Below are positions 24,392 to 32,150 of a stretch of 48,240 bases of DNA, piece by piece; the first letter of the stretch is position 1, and the number at the start of each line of letters is the position of its first letter. The notes beneath the pieces are model-generated. The model was not told the origin of the DNA. It saw only the letters and a program-made list of their open reading frames with translations, and made no database searches. Made by a program: the position numbers and the translations under genes. The stretch comes from Paracoccaceae bacterium (lineage in GTDB: Bacteria > Pseudomonadota > Alphaproteobacteria > Rhodobacterales > Rhodobacteraceae): positions 1 through 48,240 of the forward strand of contig DAOUQK010000001.1 in NCBI GenBank assembly GCA_030625695.1, read 5' to 3'.

Positions 24392-25806
24392 TCGAACACC
24401 CGGTCAATTCCGGCCATCTTGACGCCAGTAAAGGCTGATGCCTGAAACGACAGCGCGCGCAGGTCTTCGACCTCAAGATTATGCACCGAAGACTTGCCGC
24501 AGGCCTTGGCCAGCGCCGTCATCTCCATGGTCATCGCCGTCAGATACCGCGCCACCCGCTCGGCCCCCGCCGCCGGATTCATGCGTTTTTCCAACTCAGG
24601 ATCCTGCGTTGCAATTCCCACCGGGCAACGCCCGGTATGGCAATGGTGACACGCGCCCGGAGAGGTTCCAAGCGCCTCATAATCCTCAAGATAGCGCGGT
24701 GAATTACACCCCGCCGCAATCATCGCGCCATTGCCGATCATCACTGCATCGGCACCCAGTGCGATGCACTTGGCCGCGTCCACTCCGGTGCGGATACCGC
24801 CCGCAACCACCAGCGTTACCTTGCCCGACATGCCACAGTCATCCAGTGCTTCGCGGCCCGCGCGAATGGCGCTCATGGTTGGCACACCGGTATGGTTCAA
24901 CAGCATCTCGGGCGACGCACCTGTGCCACCTTCGGCCCCATCCAGAACCACCACATCCGCACCCGCCTTGGCCGCAACGGCCACGTCGAACCGGGGGCGG
25001 GTCGCGCCCATCTTGATAAAGATCGGCACCTGGTAATTGGTGGCAATACGTAGTTCTTCGATCTTGACCGCAAGGTCGTCGGCACCCAGGAAATCCGGGT
25101 GACGGATGGTTGATCTTTGATCAACCCCTTCTGGCAAGGTGCGCATTTCAGACACCCTCGGGCTGACCTTCATGCCCAACAGCAAGCCGCCAGTGCCGGG
25201 CTTGGCCCCTTGCCCTACAACAATCTCAATCCCGTCGGCGCGGCGCAGATGGTCCAGATCAACGCCATAACGCGCCGGGGACATCTGATAGACCAGCCGT
25301 TGCGAGGCTTCGCGCTCTTCCTCAAGCATCCCGCCTTCGCCAGTGCAGGTCATTGTGCCCGCTTTGGACGCGCCATAGCCCAAAGACGCCTTGGCTGACG
25401 CCGACAACGCACCAAACGACATCGACGCGATATAGATCGGGATTTTCAACTCGATCGGCTTTTCAACCAAGCCACGTCCACCGCCCAAAATGGTCGTGGT
25501 ATCGCAGGTTTCGCGGTATCCTTCCAACGGCAACCGCGTCATGGTGGCCGGCACAAAGGTCAGATCATCAAACGTCGGCAATTGCTGGTTGAACGAGTTA
25601 TAGCCGCGCACCTGGTAGCGGCCCAATTGCGCCAATGCGTGCACTTCGGCAATCGAATCCGGGTCCCAGCGGGCCGAACCACCCTTGGCATATGATGCGG
25701 GCACCCCGGCGGGGCGGCCCTCAACAGCACCGTCACCAAATTTGATCTCGGCCTCATCGGCCATTTCGAACGGGTATTCATACGGTTTGTTCAGATCATG
25801 AGCCAT
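24385..25806 (-). CDS. FMN-binding glutamate-synthase-domain protein (GlxD/MgsC-like)
   Basis: 473 aa. ASMSFGALS, VVGQGAKPGTGG, VVLDGAEGGTGASP and VVAGGIRTG are hallmarks of the GltS FMN domain. A CHHCHTGRCPVG Cys cluster is also present. Confidence 0.9.
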   Translation of the reverse strand: MAHDLNKPYEYPFEMADEAEIKFGDGAVEGRPAGVPASYAKGGSARWDPDSIAEVHALAQLGRYQVRGYNSFNQQLPTFDDLTFVPATMTRLPLEGYRETCDTTTILGGGRGLVEKPIELKIPIYIASMSFGALSASAKASLGYGASKAGTMTCTGEGGMLEEEREASQRLVYQMSPARYGVDLDHLRRADGIEIVVGQGAKPGTGGLLLGMKVSPRVSEMRTLPEGVDQRSTIRHPDFLGADDLAVKIEELRIATNYQVPIFIKMGATRPRFDVAVAAKAGADVVVLDGAEGGTGASPEMLLNHTGVPTMSAIRAGREALDDCGMSGKVTLVVAGGIRTGVDAAKCIALGADAVMIGNGAMIAAGCNSPRYLEDYEALGTSPGACHHCHTGRCPVGIATQDPELEKRMNPAAGAERVARYLTAMTMEMTALAKACGKSSVHNLEVEDLRALSFQASAFTGVKMAGIDRVFDW

Positions 25807-26483
25807 GCGTTTGCATCCCTGCTTTCAAAATACCAAAGCCGTTGGCCCGAGATCATCTTGCGCCAGTCGCGCGATGTATCCACCAGCCCCAAAGGCTCTA
25901 AAATTGCGTCCACCTCGGCCACTTCTTCGGCGTTCGGTTCAATGGTTTCCACATCGACGCCGACGCTTTCAACCGGGCCGGCAACCCAGACTTCGCCTTG
26001 CCACAAGGCATCCGCACAGCTTTCGCCAGCCCCGCCCAAGGCGATAATCCGCCCGGAATGTGCCATGAAACCGGACTGATAGCCGATTTTTCCTTCGACC
26101 ACGATATTGCCGCCCTTCATCGCCACACCAACCCGCGGGCCGGCGTCTCCTTTGACGTGAATGGTGCCGCCCATCATCGCCGCCCCGCAGGACATGCCGC
26201 AATAGCCACCGACGGTGATCATGCCATCCGACATGCCTTCGCCCAAGGCCCAACCGGCGTTGCGTTCGATATTGATCGTGGCACCTGTGTTCAACCCGCC
26301 GCAGAAATAACCAACCGAGCCTTCGAAATGCAGGTCAGCGCCGGGCGGCAGGCCGATGCCAAGGTTATGGCGCGACAGGGTGTTGGTCACCCGGATTTTG
26401 TCACCGGCTTTGGCCGCTGTCTGCATGTCCTGATTAATCTCGCGGATATGGCGTTGGCTGACGTCGATAATGACTTCACTCAT
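25791..26483 (-). CDS. GXGXG-motif beta-helix protein (glutamate synthase C-terminal-domain-like, GlxC/MgsB-like)
   Basis: 230 aa with repeated Gly-rich turns (GSVGYFCGGL, VGGYCGMSCG, MGGTIHVKGDAG, MKGGNIVVEG). An ATGA overlap joins it to the upstream amidotransferase gene. Confidence 0.85.
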   Translation of the reverse strand: MSEVIIDVSQRHIREINQDMQTAAKAGDKIRVTNTLSRHNLGIGLPPGADLHFEGSVGYFCGGLNTGATINIERNAGWALGEGMSDGMITVGGYCGMSCGAAMMGGTIHVKGDAGPRVGVAMKGGNIVVEGKIGYQSGFMAHSGRIIALGGAGESCADALWQGEVWVAGPVESVGVDVETIEPNAEEVAEVDAILEPLGLVDTSRDWRKMISGQRLWYFESRDANAWLMI

Positions 26484-27424
26484 GCGGCCAGACTCCGGTT
26501 GCCGACGCCCCAGATGCCCATCAGGCTGGGACCGTCGTGATTGATAACATCTTCTTCGCCGGTGAACACACGGCGCACCGCCTGTTCTTCGGTCGCCACT
26601 GCCAGATCGCCATTCTTGTCGATCACCACCAGTGGTTTCATCGCAAACCGGTCTTTGGCAAAGCCAATGCCGTCGGGACGCGCAATCATATAGGTGAACA
26701 CGCCGTCGATTGAGGTGATGGATTTACGCAACGCCTGCTCCATGCTTAGCCCTGCCTTGATCTGGTCCGATACCCAAACCGCAATCAGTTCGGAATCGTT
26801 TTCGGTCAGGAAACGATAGCCCCGCCGCTCCAGCTTGTCCCGCCAGGTAAAATAATCGGTGATCTGGCCGTTATGCACAATCGCCACGTCCGAAAACGGT
26901 CGTGCCCAGAATGGGTGGCTGGCATTGGGCAACACCGAACTTTCCGTAGCCAGCCGCGCATGGCCAAGCCCGTGGGTGCCGATCATGTCGCGCACCCCGT
27001 GTTTGTCAGCCACTTCGACCGCGCTGCCGGTGTCTTTGATGATTTCCAACGACCGCCCGCAGGACTGGATTTCGATCCGGTCGGTCAGAGTGTCGGCGTC
27101 TTTGATCCAAGCGGTCAAGTCACGCGGATCGCTGATTTCCATGCGAAAACAATAATGTGCATTTTGGTCTGTGGTTATCTGTGGCTCGCTCAGAAAATCC
27201 GATCCATGACCCCGCAACACATGGGTAAAACCATCCAGATCACTGTCCATCGACGATTTGTCAAACCCCATGCCGCGTAGGGTGTAGCCGGTTTCGCGGG
27301 GTTCCGTGTAGATCGCAAAACCGGTACTGTCGGCACCACGATGCCTTTGCGCATCCATCAGTTCGACCAAATCGTGCCCGACCTTGCCTGGCGCATTCAA
27401 AATCCGACCAGCGATTCCACACAT
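26480..27424 (-). CDS. Class II (Ntn) glutamine amidotransferase-domain protein (GlxB/MgsA-like)
   Basis: ORF 26480..27493. Starting at ATG 27424 (GAGGGGA Shine-Dalgarno sequence upstream) gives MCGIAGRIL..., with the Ntn nucleophile Cys directly after Met. Confidence 0.85.
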   Translation of the reverse strand: MCGIAGRILNAPGKVGHDLVELMDAQRHRGADSTGFAIYTEPRETGYTLRGMGFDKSSMDSDLDGFTHVLRGHGSDFLSEPQITTDQNAHYCFRMEISDPRDLTAWIKDADTLTDRIEIQSCGRSLEIIKDTGSAVEVADKHGVRDMIGTHGLGHARLATESSVLPNASHPFWARPFSDVAIVHNGQITDYFTWRDKLERRGYRFLTENDSELIAVWVSDQIKAGLSMEQALRKSITSIDGVFTYMIARPDGIGFAKDRFAMKPLVVIDKNGDLAVATEEQAVRRVFTGEEDVINHDGPSLMGIWGVGNRSLAA

Positions 27425-27445
27425 GACATTCCCCTCGAAAGTGTT

Positions 27446-27478
27446 TGTATACAGTATACCGTATTCACTTAAGTTCAA
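27446..27478. promoter_or_regulatory. Operator/promoter C between the GlxBCD-like operon and the GntR gene
   Basis: Tandem heptads TGTATAC-AGTATAC-CGTATTC (27446-27466) contain TGTATACAGTA. On the minus strand a -35-like TTGAAC (27473-27478) lies 16 nt upstream of TACTGT. Extra ATACAG half-sites sit at 27522-27536. Confidence 0.55.
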
Positions 27479-27579
27479 GGCGATTCTTAACAACCTGCTT
27501 TATTGTACTCTGGATTCAGGATACAGAAATACAGAAGACTCTGCAAATTCATGCGCAAATTCACGACAAGAGGCCCGCA

Positions 27580-28242
27580 ATGCCACTTAAAAGCATCCAA
27601 CCCGCCCGCCGCCGTCTGGCTGATGAGGTGTACGAACAGTTGATCGACGCGATCATGCGACGCGAAATTGGGCCGGACGACCATCTGGTGCAGGAAAAGC
27701 TGGCGGCGGAATTACAGATCAGTCGCACGCCGGTGCGCGAGGCGCTGATGCGGCTGGAACAGGACGGTGTGCTGGAAGTGTCCAATCGCGGCAGTTTCCG
27801 GCTTTACCAGATGAACGACGCAGAAATTCGCGAGTTATACCAGGCGCGCGCGGCGGTCGAAGGGCAATCGGCGCGGATCCTCGCCAATGATCCCAAGTCC
27901 GAAGTCATTGCCAAATTGCGCGATTGTGTGCAGCGCGAAGAGAACGTCAGCGACGATTCGGCCAAAGGTTATTTCGAGGCCAACCGCAATATTCACCGCA
28001 AATTCGTCGAACTGGCAGGCAATCGGTTCCTGTTGGAGATGTTTGACATGATCTGGGGCAAGGCCATGGCGTTTCACCTGTTTGCGGCGATCGAAAACGT
28101 CGATCTGTCCAAATCTCTGGGCGCGCATATGGAATTAGTCGATGTGGTCGCCTCGGGCGATAAGGGCGCGGCGCTGGAAGCGTTCACAAACCACATTCAG
28201 GATGGGTTTGATTTGCAGATCGAAGGGCTGAGAGCCGGATGA
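27580..28242 (+). CDS. GntR-family transcriptional regulator (FadR/FCD subfamily)
   Basis: ORF 27445..28242; the preferred start is ATG 27580. The winged HTH is LAAELQISRTPVREALMRLEQDGVLEV, followed by an all-helical C-terminal domain. Confidence 0.9.
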   Translation: MPLKSIQPARRRLADEVYEQLIDAIMRREIGPDDHLVQEKLAAELQISRTPVREALMRLEQDGVLEVSNRGSFRLYQMNDAEIRELYQARAAVEGQSARILANDPKSEVIAKLRDCVQREENVSDDSAKGYFEANRNIHRKFVELAGNRFLLEMFDMIWGKAMAFHLFAAIENVDLSKSLGAHMELVDVVASGDKGAALEAFTNHIQDGFDLQIEGLRAG

Positions 28243-28655
28243 GCACGCCAGTTACACCCGACTACGCGCAAAAAGTTCTGGCCCAGTTCTTCGCCGAATG
28301 GGTGCAGGCGTTGGACCTGACGATCCTGTCCATCGACGCCGACCATGTGCTGGTGCGCATGCCTTTGGGCAAGCATCTGGCGCGGGTGGGCGGCATTGTT
28401 TCAGGTCAGGCGCTGGCGGCGTTGGCCGATACCTCGATGGTGCTGGCGGCCATGGGTCAGTGCGGCGAAGCGCGGGCCTTTGCCACCACTGATCTGCACA
28501 CGCAGTTTTTACGCCCCGGTGTCGGCACGGCGATTCTGTGCCGCGCCCGGGTGGTGCGGGCCGGCAAGGCGCTGGTGTTCACGCAGGCCGACATGACGCA
28601 AGCAGACGACGCCAAACTTGTCGCCACCGCCACCGCGACGTTTTTCGCGCCTTAA
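28239..28655 (+). CDS. PaaI-family hot-dog-fold acyl-CoA thioesterase
   Basis: 138 aa. GGIVSGQALAALADTS and the overall length fit PaaI/4HBT thioesterases. An ATGA overlap joins it to the GntR gene. Confidence 0.8.
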   Translation: MSTPVTPDYAQKVLAQFFAEWVQALDLTILSIDADHVLVRMPLGKHLARVGGIVSGQALAALADTSMVLAAMGQCGEARAFATTDLHTQFLRPGVGTAILCRARVVRAGKALVFTQADMTQADDAKLVATATATFFAP

Positions 28656-28763
28656 CGTCCGGACCTAAGGCCAGCCAAACCACCAATTTCATTGCAGCAC
28701 CAATTGAAACGAACAGCGATGATGAGTTCAACAAGCAATTTCTTTTCAACGGAAATTTTCGCA

Positions 28764-28815
28764 ATACCCTCTTCTGATAACATGTCATATATGACATGTT
28801 ATCAGAAGAGGGTAT
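28764..28815. repeat. Perfect 52-bp palindrome in an AT-rich intergenic gap
   Basis: ATACCCTCTTCTGATAACATGTCAT-AT-ATGACATGTTATCAGAAGAGGGTAT. Every position pairs. It lies about 110 nt after the thioesterase stop, and no T-tract follows. Confidence 0.95.
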
Positions 28816-29045
28816 GATATTGCGGCAAAAACAGGGATTGTCAGCAATCTGTTGTAACTGACCCTAAGGTCAAGACCCTGTCCCGGCGACGAAAACATTT
28901 CCGGTTCCGATCACCCTTGACAGATTACGCGCTTAGATGTGAGGTTCGGGGCGCGGCGGAGAGAATCCCTCGCAATGACGACCACGCGCCCATATGAATG
29001 TGGGAGCAGCGGGGATTGATGGTTGAAGGACCAAAGGTCGCCCGT

Positions 29046-29639
29046 ATGAAATTTCTTGTGGTCTATGCCCACCCTGTCCCAACAAGTTTTAACGCCGCCG
29101 TGTTTGATACGGTCAAACGGGCGTTGACGGATGCCGGCCATGATATCCGTGTGACGGACCTCTACGCAGAAGAGTTTCAGCCGGTTTTGTCACGCGCGGA
29201 TCGCGAAGCATACCTTGACAATACGGCGCAGTTGATCGACCAGGTTCAGGACCATGTAGACAATCTGAAATGGGCCGACGGGTTGGTATTTGTCTTTCCG
29301 ACCTGGTATTTTGGCCCGCCTGCCATCCTCAAGGGTTGGTTCGAACGGGTCTGGTTGCCCGGCGTCACCTTTGAGATTGCCAAACGTAAAGGCGACACCA
29401 CATCGTCGTGCATCCGTAACATCAAACGTCTGGCGGTGATCACCTCGTCCGGCTCTCCGGCGTGGTGGATGTTTGTGGTTGGCAACCCGTGCAAACGATT
29501 TTTCCTGCGCTGCATGCGCGCCTTGTTTGATTTTCGCTGCAAAACCGTCTGGATGCAGCTTTATGACATGAACGTGGTGGATGACGCGGCGCGCAAGAGA
29601 TTCCTCGCCAAGGTTGAACGCAAGATGGCAAAGCTATGA
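29046..29639 (+). CDS. Flavodoxin-like-fold NAD(P)H-dependent (quinone) oxidoreductase
   Basis: ORF 28998..29639; the preferred start is ATG 29046. MKFLVVYAHPVPTSFNAAV...GLVFVFPTWYFGPPAILKGWFERV is typical of the Flavodoxin_2 family. Confidence 0.8.
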   Translation: MKFLVVYAHPVPTSFNAAVFDTVKRALTDAGHDIRVTDLYAEEFQPVLSRADREAYLDNTAQLIDQVQDHVDNLKWADGLVFVFPTWYFGPPAILKGWFERVWLPGVTFEIAKRKGDTTSSCIRNIKRLAVITSSGSPAWWMFVVGNPCKRFFLRCMRALFDFRCKTVWMQLYDMNVVDDAARKRFLAKVERKMAKL

Positions 29640-29647
29640 GAACGCCA

Positions 29648-30034
29648 TTACACCTTGGCGGCTATCGCCTCGATTTCCACAGTGAACTCCTCACGGGTAA
29701 ACCCGGTGACGATCATCAAAGTCGACGCAGGCGGGGTGATTTCAAACCGCGCATCCCGCGCAGCCATATAGGGCGCCATATGTTCGCGCCCCGTCACATA
29801 GGCATTGATGCGCACCACGTCCGCCATGCTCATATCGCAATCAGCAAGGATTTTGGCGATGTTGTCAAAACACAGATCAGCCTGATCGCGGGTGTTGTCG
29901 GGGATCACGTCGTCGGGGGTCACCGCCAGTTGCCCCGAACAAAACACCAGCCGCGCACCCGCCGGAACTTCGACGGCGTGGGCGTATTTGGCAAACGGGC
30001 GACGAATGGTTGTGGGGGTATGGTGGGTAAGCAT
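29648..30034 (-). CDS. RidA/YjgF-family protein (second copy in the window)
   Basis: 128 aa. LVFCSGQLA, VVRINAYVT and VEIEAIA fit the YjgF/RidA fold. Confidence 0.8.
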   Translation of the reverse strand: MLTHHTPTTIRRPFAKYAHAVEVPAGARLVFCSGQLAVTPDDVIPDNTRDQADLCFDNIAKILADCDMSMADVVRINAYVTGREHMAPYMAARDARFEITPPASTLMIVTGFTREEFTVEIEAIAAKV

Positions 30035-30192
30035 GTTGCGTCCTTAAGATTGGTGAATGGTTCAGTTCTACCTTGCCGGAATCATCCACGATACTAAAGT
30101 TCAAACAAGCAGACAGGAGTCATCAAAAGGGAAGGGACATTCCCGAACCAACCACAAATTGAAATCTAAAATAAAAACCTGGGAGAGAAAAC

Positions 30193-31200
30193 ATGAAACT
30201 TAAGACACTCACATACGGAATTGCAGCCCTGCTGGCCGGAAACGCGGCGCAAGCTGGCGAAGCCGTCACATTTGGCACCAATTGGGTCGCACAGGCCGAA
30301 CACGGCGGGTTTTATCAGGCCGTGGCCGATGGCACCTATGCGGCCTGTGGTCTGGACGTGACAATCGTGCCGGGTGGCCCGAACGTCAACAACCGCGCGT
30401 TGCTGCTGGCGGGTAAGATTGATTTCCTGATGGATGGCAACCTGTTACAGCCCTTTAACTCGGTCAAGGAAAACATCCCTATGGTGGTTGTCGCCAGCAT
30501 GTTCCAGAAGGAACCTCAGGTGATCATGACCCATCCGGGCGAGGGGCTGGACACCTGGGAAAGCCTGAAGGGGGCAGATACGCTGCTGATTGGTAACGGC
30601 GGTTATCAATCATTCTTTCGCTGGATGGTCAGTATCGGTTTCCAGGATGAACAGCGTAAACCCTACACCTATAACTCGGCACCGTTCCTGGCCAACAAGC
30701 AAAGCGGACAACAGGGTTATGTGACGTCCGAGCCGTTTTCGATCGAGACCGAAGCCGGTTTTAAGCCGAATGTGTTCCTGTTGGCGGATTATGGTTTTAA
30801 CACCTATTCGACGCTGATCAACACCATGCAGGCGACCATCGACAATAAGCCCGAGGCGGTTCAGTGTTTTGTCGACGGGTCGATTATTGGCTGGAACAAT
30901 TATATGTACGGCGACCGAACGGCTGCCAATGCGTTGATCCAAACTGACAATCCGGACCTTAAGGATGCCAACATCAACTTTGCCATTTCAGCGATGGAGG
31001 AATATGGCATTGTCGATTCCGGCGACAGCCTGACAATGGGTGTTGGCGCCATGACCGATGAACGGATCGCAAGCTTTTTCCACAAGATGGCAGAGGCGGG
31101 CGTGATCGACGCCGATCTGGACTTCAAGGCGGCCTATACGCTGGATTTTATCAACAAAGGCACCGGGTTGGACGTCAAAAAGGCGCTGACTGGGAACTAG
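30193..31200 (+). CDS. NMT1/THI5-like (NitT/TauT family) ABC transporter substrate-binding protein
   Basis: 335 aa. Signal peptide MKLKTLTYGIAALLAGNAAQA. The mature part reads VTFGTNWVAQAEHGGFYQAVADG. A GGGAGAG Shine-Dalgarno sequence lies upstream. Confidence 0.8.
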   Translation: MKLKTLTYGIAALLAGNAAQAGEAVTFGTNWVAQAEHGGFYQAVADGTYAACGLDVTIVPGGPNVNNRALLLAGKIDFLMDGNLLQPFNSVKENIPMVVVASMFQKEPQVIMTHPGEGLDTWESLKGADTLLIGNGGYQSFFRWMVSIGFQDEQRKPYTYNSAPFLANKQSGQQGYVTSEPFSIETEAGFKPNVFLLADYGFNTYSTLINTMQATIDNKPEAVQCFVDGSIIGWNNYMYGDRTAANALIQTDNPDLKDANINFAISAMEEYGIVDSGDSLTMGVGAMTDERIASFFHKMAEAGVIDADLDFKAAYTLDFINKGTGLDVKKALTGN

Positions 31201-31233
31201 GCTCAAAGTCCTCCGAACTCCTTCAATTGTTAC

Positions 31234-31303
31234 GTAGGGTGGGTAAAACCCACGTTCCGTGACAGTTGAGGGCTTGGGGGAACGTGGGTTTTACCCACCC
31301 TAC
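31234..31303. repeat. REP-like palindromic intergenic element, copy 2 (inside an operon)
   Basis: GTAGGGTGGGTAAAACCCACGTTCC ... GGAACGTGGGTTTTACCCACCCTAC. It lies between the SBP gene and the ATPase gene. Confidence 0.85.
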
Positions 31304-31361
31304 ACAACAATCAGATGACAGGGATGTCTCGCATCCCTGTCCCTACACACTGAGGAATTAC

Positions 31362-32150
31362 ATGAGCGGTCAAACACTTTTGTCCCTGTCTGAGATCGGC
31401 AAAACGTTCTCGAATGGCACGGTGGCCTTGCAAGGTATGTCGATGGACATCGAAGAAGGGTCCTTTGTCAGCCTGCTGGGCCCATCAGGTTGCGGCAAAT
31501 CCACCGCTCTCAAAATCATTGCCGGGCTGGGCAACCTGACCACCGGCTCGCTGCGCTGGCCAACCACCAGCGTTGACCAGCTTGGTCGCCCCGATATGGA
31601 GGTTTCCTTTGTTTTTCAGGAGCCGACGCTGATGTTATGGGCCACGGTGTTTGACAATGTCTGGCTGCCGTTACGGCTCAAAGGCATAAGCCGCGCCAAA
31701 GCCAAGGACGCCGTCAACGAAGCTCTGGAAATGGTTGGCCTGTCGGGGTTCTCAAAGTCATATCCACGCGAATTATCAGGTGGCATGAAAATGCGCGTCT
31801 CAATCGCCCGCGCGTTGGTGACGCGGCCCAAATTGCTGCTGATGGACGAGCCATTCGCGGCGCTGGACGAAATCACCCGCTCGAAACTGAACGACGATCT
31901 GTTGACGCTTTGGCAAACCTTTAACTGGACAGTGATCTTCGTCACCCATTCGGTGTTTGAGAGTGCCTATCTTTCAAACCGTATCGTCGTCATGGCCGCC
32001 CGCCCGGGGCGGGTGGTGGCCGATATTGATGTTGACGCGCCTTATCCAAGACGCGGTGACGATTTCCGTAATTCACCCGATTATAACGCTTGTTGCAGTC
32101 AGGCCTCAGTCGCGCTGCATGCAGCCATGGCCGCAGGGGATCATTTGTGA
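31362..32150 (+). CDS. NitT/TauT-family ABC transporter ATP-binding protein
   Basis: ORF 31266..32150. The preferred start is ATG 31362, with a GAGGA Shine-Dalgarno sequence upstream. Walker A GPSGCGKST, signature LSGGMKMR, Walker B LLLMDEP. Confidence 0.9.
   Translation: MSGQTLLSLSEIGKTFSNGTVALQGMSMDIEEGSFVSLLGPSGCGKSTALKIIAGLGNLTTGSLRWPTTSVDQLGRPDMEVSFVFQEPTLMLWATVFDNVWLPLRLKGISRAKAKDAVNEALEMVGLSGFSKSYPRELSGGMKMRVSIARALVTRPKLLLMDEPFAALDEITRSKLNDDLLTLWQTFNWTVIFVTHSVFESAYLSNRIVVMAARPGRVVADIDVDAPYPRRGDDFRNSPDYNACCSQASVALHAAMAAGDHL

Noticed and set aside
28538-28797. Small ORFs (79 aa on the plus strand, 72 aa on the minus strand) crossing the AT-rich gap and the 52-bp palindrome.
   Set aside because: They have no Shine-Dalgarno sequence and overlap each other on opposite strands. 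Their products are of low complexity, and both frames are by-products of the palindrome.
10536-28815. The BMC/amine region as a recently acquired genomic island or prophage-borne cargo.
   Set aside because: No integrase, transposase, tRNA attachment site or flanking direct repeats are visible. Codon style and GC content look the same as in the flanking genes. Only the AT-rich gap with the 52-bp palindrome at the right edge hints at a boundary, and I report it separately.
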